A DNA stretch of 64,000 nucleotides, taken from contig OZ244717.1 in NCBI GenBank assembly GCA_965218975.1, positions 928,001 through 992,000 on the forward strand, in the 5' to 3' direction. This stretch comes from Candidatus Oxydemutatoraceae bacterium (GTDB taxonomy: Bacteria > Pseudomonadota > Gammaproteobacteria > Poriferisulfidales > Oxydemutatoraceae). The translations under genes and the position numbers were made by a program. A model generated the notes under the pieces. The model saw only the letters and a list, made by a program, of their open reading frames with translations. It was not told where the DNA came from and made no database searches. The first letter of the stretch is position 1, and each line of letters opens with the position of its first letter. Shown one piece after another: positions 42,301-54,300 of this stretch.

Positions 42301-45300
42301 GACCAGAGGGTAACTCTCACGCTCAGACTGATCGGCGAAGAGCGTGCGCTGCAAGATGATGTAACCGTTACTGTCTCGACACGCGACGGCAGCGCGGTCA
42401 CTCCTCAGGATTATGTGGCTATTGAGAATGCGACGGTTGTCTTTGAACGCGAAGAGGGCGTGACCGAGTTAACGCAAACGGTGACGGTTCAGATTGTCAA
42501 TGACATCGTTTTTGAGTTAGATGACGAGATCTTTTCGGTGGTTATTAACGATGTAACGGCGGCGGCTTCCAGCGACACGGTCGTGATTGATCAAGGCGAA
42601 GCGACGGTTACCATCGTCGATGACGGCGACACACCGATTTGGGTATTGGACCGGTTGCCGAGTTCTGTCGGTGAAAGCACGGGCACCGTGTCGATTGAGA
42701 TGGAGAACATGAATGTTCATCCTGTTAGTCGCGGGTATTCGCTGACGCTTGAGCTGGGAGGGACGGCGACGTTCGGCGACGACTACGTCATCACGGATAT
42801 AGACGGCAATCCGTTGGCGTCGCCGCCTACATTTGATGTAGCGCAAGATCAAACAATGCTTGAAGCCCGCCTGATAATAACGGACGATCGGGTGTTTGAG
42901 GGTGAGGAGACGATTGAGATACGCTTGAGCACGACCGAGCCGAAGGTCGGAATAGGCGACGCTACGACGCAGACGATCATACTCATCGACAACGATGCGG
43001 TGCCGGAGTTAGATTTGTCGGTGAGCGCGGTAACGATTGACGAAGGCGAATCAATTGATATTACGCTAGAGATCACGAACGAATCGGTATTTGCTGAGGA
43101 TCAAACGATCACGTTGGAATTTTTCGGCACGGCAACGCCTGGAGACGACTATACGGTGTCAGTCGCCGGCGCACCACTGTCGTCGCCGTACGAGTTGACT
43201 TTAACGGCGGGAGAATCTGCGCTAAACGCAACGATCATGGCGCTAATAGACGACATGACGGCTGAGGGAGATGAGACGATTACACTAACCGCGCGGCATG
43301 ATGACGACACAATCGGCGCGGAAACGATCACAATCATTGATAACGAGGCGCCGGTATTCATCAGTGCAGCAAGTTTTGAGGTTGAAGAGGGCCTGATAGT
43401 AGTCGGCATGGTGACGGCTGTGGATGCGAACCCGCAAGACGAGGTGATGTATTCGATTACCGGCAGCGCGGATGATACCCTGTTTGACATTGAGCCGTCT
43501 TCGGGCGAACTGAGCTTCACAACCGCACCGGACTTTGAGAATGCAGCGGATGCGGACGGAGACAATGCATACATGCTCACGGTGGCGGCAATCGGCGGCA
43601 CGGGTGATCGGGCATTGACGACGATGCAAGTGATTACCGTCGAAGTACTTGATGCGGATGACAGTTTGCCGGTAATAACGATTGCGGCAGTCGAGCCGAT
43701 GGTAACGGAAGGCGAGGTTGCGGTGTTCGTGTTGAATCGGACAACGCCGACGGATGCGGAATTAGTGGACGTTAGGGTTATGATAACGGACGATGCTGAC
43801 GGATCGAGTATGGTGACTTTTAATGCCGGTTCTACGACAGCGGTGTTTAGTCTTTCCACCGATGACGATTTGCTTGATGAAGCCGACGGCGTAGTGACGG
43901 TTACCATCATAGACGGTGTGGGCTATAGGATCGGTATTGAGAACAGTGCTTCGGTGCGTGTTGTCGACAACGATGCCGTACCCGGTGCGCCGGCGGAGTT
44001 AGCAGCCGCGGCGGGCGACACGCACGCGGTCCTAAGTTGGGATGCGCCTGCCGACCCCGGTACTGCGCCGATCAACCATTACGAATATCGCGCGAGCAGC
44101 GACGTCGGAACGATTGAGGCTCAGGAATGGAATGTCGCCGGCGATGCGACGAGTGAGGTCAGGACTCAAATCGTAACCGATTTGACCAACGACACGGAAT
44201 ACACATTTGAAGTGCGTACGGTCAGTGCAGCGGGCAACGGCGCAGCCGCACAAGTCACGGCGACACCGAGCTCCGCGACGGCGGTATTCATTCTGACGTT
44301 TGACTCGAGTGAATATACGGTCAATGAAAGCGACCGGGAAGTCACTCTCACGCTCAAACTGAGCAGCGCCGGGCGTGCGCCACAGGATAAAGTGACCGTT
44401 TTTGTTTCGACACGCGACGGCAGCGCGATCGCATCCGCTAGTGAGGATTATGTAGCCCTTAACAATGAGGAAGTCGTCTTTTCATCCGAAGCAGGCGTGA
44501 CCGAGTTGTTGCAAACGGTGACGATTCGGATTGTCGATGACATCATTTTTGAACCCGATGACGAGGTCTTTTCGGTGGTTATTTCCGATGATGTAACGGC
44601 GGCGCATTCCGGCGATACGGTGGTGATTGATCGGAGTCGCAGCGAAACGACGGTGACTATTGTCGATGACGGTGTAGGTCCTAGGTGGGATTATTTGCAG
44701 GAATTGCCTAGTACCGTTAATGAAAGCACGGCCATGAATACGGTTTCAATCCGGTTGGGTCAGAGAGAAGGGCTTTTCGATGGGATTTATACAATTATGC
44801 TTGAGGTGGGGGGAACGGCGACGTTCGGGGAGGATTATATAATAGAGTTTGTCAGCGGGACGAATATAGGATCGAGAACGCTGCCGTTCACGGAAGGCGA
44901 TCGTTTGATGCGACCGATTGAGTTCATGGATGGGCGTGATGATGAGGGTAGTATACATATACGAGAGTTAATGTTGCGCTTAGTGGTGACGGATGACACG
45001 GTGTATGAAGCGGATGAGACGATTGAGTTACGTCTCAGCGTGACGGGCCACCCGGCCGCTACGGTAAGCGACGATACGACGCAGACAATCACGCTCATCG
45101 ATAACGATGCCGTGCCCGGTGCGCCGGCGGAGTTAGCAGCCGCGGCGGGCGATACGCACGCGGTCCTAAGTTGGAATGCGCCTGCCGACCCCGGCACTTC
45201 GCCGATTGACCATTACGAATATCGCACGAGTAGCGACGCCGGAACGATTGAGGCTCAGGAATGGAATGCCGCCGGCGATGCGACGAGTGAGGTCAGGACT

Positions 45301-48300
45301 CAAATCGTAACCGATTTGACCAACGACACGGAATACACATTTGAAGTGCGTGCAGTCAGTGCAGCGGGCAACGGCGCAGCCGCACAAGTCACGGCGACAC
45401 CGAGCTCCGCGACGGCGGTATTCATTCTGACGTTTGACCCGACCGAATATCCGGTCAAGGAAAGCGACCGGGAAGTCACTCTCACGCTCAGACTGAGCAG
45501 CGTCGGGCGTGCGCCGCAGGACGCTGTGACCATGACTTTCTCGGTACATGACGGCAGCGCAGTCACTCCTGAGGATTACACCTCCGCCCTTGACAATATG
45601 GAAGTCGTCTTTTCACCCGAAGCAGGCGTGACCGAGTTGTTGCAAACGGTGACGATTCGGATTGTCAATGACATCTTTTTTGAACCCGATGACGAGGTCT
45701 TTTCGGTGGTTATTGACGATGTAACGGCGGCGCATTCCGACGATACGGTGGTGATTGATCGGGGTCGCAGCGAAGCGACGGTGACCATTCTTGATGACGG
45801 TTTAGCCCCTATTTGGAATTTGCAAGAATTGCCGAGCATTGTTAATGAAAGTACGGCCATGGATACGGTTTCAATCGTGTTGGAAAACGAAGGAAGGGGT
45901 CTCGTAGAGTTTTATACGATTATGCTTGAGGTGGGGGGAACGGCGACGTTCGGGGAGGATTATATAATAGAGTTTGTTAATGCGTTCATACTAACGGGAA
46001 GTGCAGCAATGCCGTTCACGGAAGGCGAACTTTTGATGCGACCGATTGAGATTCGAGATGGGCCTGCTATAAATCTAAGGGCTTTAAGTTTCCGCTTAGT
46101 GGTAACGGATGACACGGTGTATGAAGCGGATGAGACGATTGAGTTACGTCTCAGCGTGACGGGCCACCCGGCCGCTACGGTAAGCGACGATACGACGCAG
46201 ACAATCACGCTCATCGATAACGATACGACGCCGGTATTGTCTCTGTCGGTGAGCGCGACTGTTATCGACGAAGGCGAATCGGTCGATATTACAGTGATGA
46301 CGACCGCGACCGGGTCGGTATATGCCGAAGATCAAACGATTGCGTTAGAGTTTACCGGCGATGCGATGCCTGAAGACGACTATACGGTATCAGTTGACGG
46401 TTCGTCGTTGTCGTCGCCGTATGAGTTGACTTTGCCGGCGGGGGCCTCTTCAGTAACCGCGACGATAACGGTAACAGACGACACGGAAATTGAGGCGGAT
46501 GAAACGATTATACTAACCGCGCGGCATGAAGGCGACACAATCGGCGAAGAAACAATTATGATCACCGACAATGATGCCGACGTGGTGACGTTCACGGCCT
46601 CGTTCGATCCGACCGAGTATACGGTCAATGAAAGTGACGGGCAGGTTGAACTCACATTCACACTGATCGGCGAAGGGCGCGGTCCGCGCGGCAATGTTGA
46701 CGTGACTGTCGTGACAAGCGACGACAGCGCAGTTGCCTCTGAGGATTATATCCGTCGTAGTTTTACGATTACCTTTGGGACTGGTGGCTCATCCCAGGTA
46801 GCTAATACGATGATTCGGATTGTCGATGACATGGCTGTCGAAACCGAAGAAAGCTTTTCGGTGATTATTATCGGTGTAACCGCGATACATGAAGACGATA
46901 TGGCGATGATCGGTCAGGGCGAAGCGACGGTGACCATCGTTGACAACGATGATGCGCCGGAGTTAGTTTTGTCGGTGAGTACGACTACCATTGACGAAGG
47001 GGCATCGGTTGATATTACGATAGAGATCACGAGCGAAGAGCTCACGACCGAATCGGTATTTGCTGAGGATCAAACGATTACGTTAGAGTTTACCGGCGAT
47101 GCGATGCCTGAGGACGACTATACGGTATCGGTCGACGGTTCGCCGCTGTTACCGCCGTATGAGTTGACTTTGGCGGCAGGAGAATTTGCGGTAAGTGCAA
47201 CGATCATGGCGCTAATAGACGACATGACGGCTGAGGGGGATGAGACAATTATGATTACCGCGCGGCATGGTGACGACACAATCGGCGAGGAAACGATCAC
47301 GATCATTGATAACGTGGCGCCGGTATTCACCAGTTTGGAAAGTTTTGAGGTCAACGAAGGGCAGACAGCAGTGGGCACGATGACGGCTGAGGATGCGAAC
47401 CCGCAAGACGAGGTGAGGTATTCGGTTACCGGCAGCGCGGATGATGCCCTGTTCACCATAGATTCGTCTTCGGGCGAGTTGAGCTTCACAACCGCACCGG
47501 ACTTTGAGAATCCGGTAGATACGGATAACGTTTACATGCTTACGGTGACGGCAATCGGCGGCACGGACGCTCGAGCGTTGACGACGACGCAAGCGATTAC
47601 GGTGACGGTGCTTGATGTGGTGACTACGATCACGATTACGGCAGACGAGGCAGAGGTCACGGAAGGCGAGTCGGCGGTATTTGTATTTGAGCGGACCGAC
47701 GCGACGGATGCGCCGGTATTGGCGGTGAACATTACGGTAGATGATCCCGACGGGGTGCTTGCGGCAGCGGCACCTGAAATGGTGACTTTTGACGCCGGTT
47801 CTGCGACAGCGGAGCTCAGTCTTGCCACCGACGACGATACGCTTGAAGAAGACGACGGCGTAGTGACGGTTACCATCATAGACGGTGCGGATTATAGGAT
47901 CGGTATTGAGAACAGTGCTTCGGTGCGTGTTGTCGACGACGACGTCAACATGGCACCGGTATTCAGCAGTTCGGAAAATTTTGAGGTCAACGAAGGGCAG
48001 ACAGTAGTCGGCACAGTGACGGCTGAGGATGCGAACATAGAGGACGAAGTGACGTATTCGATTACCGGCGACGGTGCGGATGATGCCTTGTTTGATATCG
48101 ACTCGTCTTCGGGCGAACTGATCTTCACAACCGCACCGGACTATGAGAATCCGGTGGATGCGGATGAAGACAATAACTACATGCTCACGGTGACGGCGAG
48201 CGGCGGCACGGACGCTCGGGCGTTGACGACGACGCAAGCGATTACGGTGACGGTGCTTGATGTGGCTACGACGATTACGATTACGGCGGCAGAGCCGACG

Positions 48301-51300
48301 GTCACGGAAGGCGAGCCGGCAGTGTTCACGTTCAGTCGGACCGACGCGACGGATGCGCCGACATTGACAGTGAACATTACGATAGATGCGACCGACGAAG
48401 TGCTTGCGGATGTGGCGCCTGGCATGGTGACTTTTGACGCCGGTTCTACGACAACGGTACTTAGCCTTGCCACCGTCATTGATGAGGCGTTTGGTGTCAG
48501 AACGGTGACGGTTACCGTGAACGACGGTGTGGATTATGAGGTCGGTATTGAGAATAGCGCCGAGGTGCGGGTGATTGACGTCAACGTGGCGCCGGTATTC
48601 AGTGAGCCGGTGAGTTTTGACATTGATGAGAGTCTGACAGTAGTCGGCACGGTGACGGCTGAGGATGCGAACATAGAGGACGAGGTGATGTATTCGGTTA
48701 CCGGCGGTGCGGATGATGCCCTGTTTGATGTCGACTCGTCTTCGGGCGAACTGAGCTTCACAACTGCACCGGACTATGAGAATCCGGCGGATGCGGATAC
48801 GGATAACGTTTATATGCTCATCGTGACGGCGGCCGGCGGCACGGACGCTCGAGCGTTGACGACGACACAAGGGATTACGGTGACGGTGCTTGATGTGCCG
48901 ACGACGGTCACGATTACGGCAGACAAGGCAGAGGTCACGGAAGGCGAGCCGGCGGTGTTTACATTCAGTCGGACCGACGCGACAGATGCGCCGGCATTGA
49001 CAGTGAACATTACGATAGATGCGACCGACGAAGTGCTTGCGGATGCGGCGCCTGGTATGGTGACTTTTGACGCCGGTTCTGCGAGAACGGTGCTTAGCCT
49101 TGCCACCGTCATTGATGAGGCGTTTGGCGTCAGGACGGTGATGGTTACCGTGAACGACGGTATGGGTTATGAGGTCGGTATTGAGAATAGCGCCGAGGTG
49201 CGGGTGATTGACGTCAACGTGGCACCGGTATTCAGCAGTGCGGAAAGTTTTGCGGTCAACGAAGGGGAGACGGTAGTCGGCACGGTGACGGCTGCGGATG
49301 CGAACATAGAAGACGAGGTGACGTATTCGGTTACCAACGGCGCGGATCAAGATCAGTTTACTATTGACCCGTCTTCGGGCGAATTGAGTTTCACCACCGC
49401 ACCGGACTTTGAGAATGCGGCGGATGCAGATACGGATAACGTTTATATGCTCATCGTGACGGCGGCCGGCGGCACGGACGCTCGGGCGTTGACGACGACG
49501 CAAGAGATTGCGGTGACGGTGCTTGATGTGGCTACGACGATTACGATTACGGCAGAAGACCCGACGGTCACGGAAGGCGAGCCGGCGGTGTTCACGTTTA
49601 GCCGGACCGACGCGACGGATGCGCTGGCATTGACGGTGAACATTACGGTAGACGATTCCGGCGGAGTGCTTGCGGATGCGGCGCCTGATACGATTACTTT
49701 TGACGCCGATTCTGCGACAACGGTGCTCAACCTTGCCACCATTGATGATACGCTTGAAGAAGACGACAGCACGGTGACGGTTACCGTGAACGACGGTGTG
49801 GGTTATATAGGCGGTATGGATGCGGTCGGTATTGAGAATAGTGCCGAGGTGCGGGTGAACGACAACGACGGGCCGTTAACGATCTCGTTCGTCACGACCG
49901 AGTATATGGTCAATGAAAGCGATAGAGAGGTAAGGTTCGAACTCAGACTGAGCGACGAAAGACCGCTGCGCGGCAATATAAACGTTGGCTTAACGGCACG
50001 CGACGGCAGCGCGGTCCTTACTGAGGATTATTCCCCGAGAGGTAGTATTACTATCTATACTCCTGGATCAGTTCTGCTGAGATCTGCGCAGTATTTCATT
50101 ATCGATGACGATGTCTTCGAAACCGAAGAATTCTTTTCGTTGAGGATTTCCGGTGTAACGACGTTTCATAGCGACGATGAGGTGGTGATCGGTCAGGGGC
50201 GCGTAGCGACGGTTACCATCATTGATGACGATTTGCCTCCTATCTGGAGTTTGGACATGTTGCCGAGTAGTGTCAGTGAAAGTAGGGACACCGCGGTGCC
50301 GATTGTGATGAGGCGGATGCGTGATTTACTTGACAGAGGATATCCGCTGACGCTTGAGTTGGGGGGGACGGCGACGTTCGGCGAAGACTACGTTATCACG
50401 GATATGGATGACAATTCGTTCGCGTTACCGCTTACATTCCCTGCGCCGTATATTGCCGATGATGTGTTTGATCTTCGGACAGATAAAACAGTCGAATTCC
50501 GCTTAGTGATAACAGACGACGCGGTGTTTGAGGGAGCCGAGACGATTGAGCTGCGATTAACTACGACGGACCCTGACGTTACGATAGGCAGCGATACGAC
50601 TCAGACGATTACGATCATCGACAACGATGCGGTGCCGGTGTTGTCTCTGACGGTCGGTGCAACCGCAATCAATGAAGGCGCATTGACCGATATCGAAGTG
50701 GGAATCACGAACGAGTCGGTATATGCCGAAGATCAAACGATCACGTTAGAGTTTGCCGGCGATGCGATGCCTGAGGACGACTATACGGTAATGGTCGGAG
50801 ATTCGCCGTTGTCGTCGCCGTATGAGTTGACTTTGCCGGCAGGGTTGTCTTCGGTAACCGCAACGATCATGGCGACAGACGACATGACGGCTGAGGGGAA
50901 TGAGACGATCACACTAACCGCGCGGCATGGTGACGATACGATCGGCGAGGAAATGATTACGATCATTGACGATGATGCGGCGCCGGAGTTGGATTTGTCG
51001 GTGAGCGAGACCACCATCGACGAAGGAGCATCGGGCGATATTACGCTAGCAATCACGAACGAATCGGTATTTGCCGAGAATCAAACGATTACGTTAGAGT
51101 TTGACGGCGAGGCGACGCCTGAGGACGACTATACGGTAATGGTCGGAGGTTCGTTGCTGTCGTCGCCGTATCAAGTGATTTTGCCGGCGGGGTCGTCTTC
51201 GGTAAGCGCAATGATCATGGCGCTAATAGACGACATGACGGCTGAGGGGAATGAGACGATTAGGATAACCGCCCGGCATGAAGGCGACACAATCGGCGAG

Positions 51301-54300
51301 GAAACGATCACGATCATTGATAACGTAGCGCCGGTATTCAGTGATGCGGTAAGTTTTGAGGTCGACGAAGGACAGACGACGGTCGGCGTTGTGACGGCTG
51401 AGGATGCGAACCCGCAAGACGAGGCAATGTATTCGATTACCGGTGGGGCGGATGATGCCCTGTTTGATATTGACTCGTCTTCGGGTGAGTTGAGTTTCGC
51501 CACCGCACCGGACTTTGAGAATGCGGCGGATGCGGATACGGATAACGTTTATGTGCTCACGGTGACGGCAATCGGCGGCACGGACGCTCGAGCGTTGACG
51601 ACGACGCAAGAGATTACGGTAACGGTGCTTGATGTGCCTACGACGATTACGATTACGGCGGCGGAGCCGACGATAACGGAAGGCGAGTCGGCGGTGTTTA
51701 CATTCAGTCGGACCGACGCGACGGATGCGCCGGCATTGACGGTGAACATTACGATAGATGATCCTGCCGGAGCGCTTGCGACTGCGCTGCCTGGTATGGT
51801 GACTTTTGACGCCGGTTCTGCGCGAACGGTGCTTAGCCTTGCCACCGTCATTGATGAGGCGTTTGGTGTCAGGACGGTGATGGTTACCGTGAACGACGGT
51901 ATGGGTTATGAGGTCGGTATTGAGAATAGCGCCGAGGTGCGGGTGATTGACGTCAACGTGGCACCGGTATTCAGCAGTGCGGAAAGTTTTGAGGTCAACG
52001 AAGGGGAGACGGTAGTCGGCACGGTGACGGCTGAGGATGCGAACATAGAAGACGAAGTGACGTATTCGATTACCAACGGCGCGGATCAAGATCAGTTTAC
52101 TATTGACTCGTCTTCGGGCGAGTTGAGTTTCGCCACCACACCGGACTTTGAGAATCCGGCGGATGCGGACGGAGACAATGCATACATGCTCACGGTGGCG
52201 GCAATCGGCGGCACGGACGCTCGGGCGTTGACGACGACGCAAGCGATTATGGTGACGGTGCTTGATGTGCCGACGACGATTACGATTACGGCAGAAGACC
52301 CGACGGTCACGGAAGGCGAGCCGGCGGTGTTCACATTCAGCCGGACCGAGGCGACGGATGCGCCTGCATTGACGGTGAACATTACGGTAGACGATTCCGG
52401 CGGAGTGCTTGCGGATGCGGCGCCTGATACGATTACTTTTGCTGCCGATTCTGCGACAACGGCGCTCAGTCTTGCCACCGGCGACGATACGCTTGAAGAA
52501 GACGACAGCACGGTGACGGTTACCGTGAACGACGGTGTGGATTATGCGGTCGGTATTGAGAATAGTGCCGAGGTGCGGGTGAACGACAACGACGGGCCGT
52601 TCACGATCTCGTTCGTCCAGAGCGAATATACGTTCAATGAAAGGAACTCGGTAGTTGTCATGATCAGACTGAGCGGCGAAAGACCGCTGCGCGGCGCTGT
52701 AAGCGCTACTATCTCGACAATGGAAGGCAGCGCGCTCCATCCTGAGGATTATACCCTGGTTAATTCTAGGTTTTCATTCGGCCCTAGCGATTCTATCCCT
52801 GCGCTGCGTTCTGAATCTCTTTCTCGTGTCAATGACGCGATTTTCGAGACCGAAGAATTCTTTTCGGTGAGAATTAGATCTGTAATGGCATCGGATCCCG
52901 CCGATGAGGTGGTGATCGGTCAGGGCGAAGCGACGATTACCATCATTGATAACGATTCGCCTCCTATCTGGAGTTTAGACATGTTGCCGAGTAGTGTCAG
53001 TGAAAGTAGAGACACCGCGGTGCCGATTGTGATGAAGCGGATGCGTGATTTACTTGACAGAGGATATCCGCTGACGCTTGAGTTGGAGGGGACGGCGACG
53101 TTCGGCGAAGACTACGTTATCACGGATATGGATGACAATTCGTTCGCGTTACCGCTTACATTCCCTGCGCCGTATATTGCCGATGATGTGTTTGATCTTC
53201 GGACAGATAAAACAGTCGAATTCCGCTTAGTGATAACAGACGACGCGGTATTTGAGGGAGCCGAGACGATTGAGTTGCGATTAACTACGACGGACCCTGA
53301 CGTTACGATAGGCAGCGATACGACTCAGACGATTACGATCATCGACAACGATGCGGTGCCGGTGTTGGATTTGTCGGTGAGTGCGACCACCATTGAAGAG
53401 GGAGCATCGGTCGATATTACAGTGATGACGAACGAGTCGGTATATGCCGAAGATCAAACGATCACGTTAGAGTTTGCCGGCGATGCGATGCCTGAGGACG
53501 ACTATACGGTAATGGTCGGAGATTCGCCGTTGTCGTCGCCGTATGAGTTGACTTTGCCGGCGGGGTTGTCTTCGGTAACCGCAACGATCATGGCGACAGA
53601 CGACCGAGCGGACGAAGCGAATGAGACGATCACACTAACCGCGCGGCATGAAGGCGACACAATCGGCGAGGAAACGATCACGATCATTGACGATGATGCG
53701 GCGCCGGAGTTGGATTTGTCGGTGAGCGAGACCACCATTGACGAAGGGGCATCGGGCGATATCGAAGTGGGAATCACGAACGAATCGGTATTTGCCGAGA
53801 ATCAAACGATCACATTAGAGTTTGCCGGCGAGGCGACGCCTGAGGACGACTATACGGTAATGGTCGTAGGTTCGTTGCTGTCGTCGCCGTATCAAGTGAT
53901 TTTACCGGCGGGGTCGTCTTCGGTAACCGCGACGATTATGGCGCTAATAGACGACATGACGGCTGAGGGGGATGAGACGATTAGGATAACCGCCCGGCAT
54001 GAAGGCGACACAATCGGCGAGGAAACGATCACGATCATTGATAACGTGGCGCCGGCATTCACCAGTGCAGCAAGTTTTGAGGTCAACGAAGGGCAGACAG
54101 TAGTCGGCACGGTGACGGCTGAGGATGCGAACATAGAGGACGAGGTGACGTATTCGATTACCGGCGACGGTGCGGATGATGCTCTGTTTGTAATTGACTC
54201 GTCTTCGGGTGAATTGAGTTTCGCCACCGCACCGGACTTTGAGAATGCGGCGGATGCGGATACGGATAACGTTTATGTGCTCACGGTGACGGCAATCGGC

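Noticed and set aside
10741-52956. Diversity-generating retroelement as the source of the variable segments
   Set aside because: There is no reverse transcriptase or non-coding template repeat in the window, substitutions are not adenine-restricted (G>T, C>A, T>C seen) and indels occur. A remote element cannot be fully excluded.
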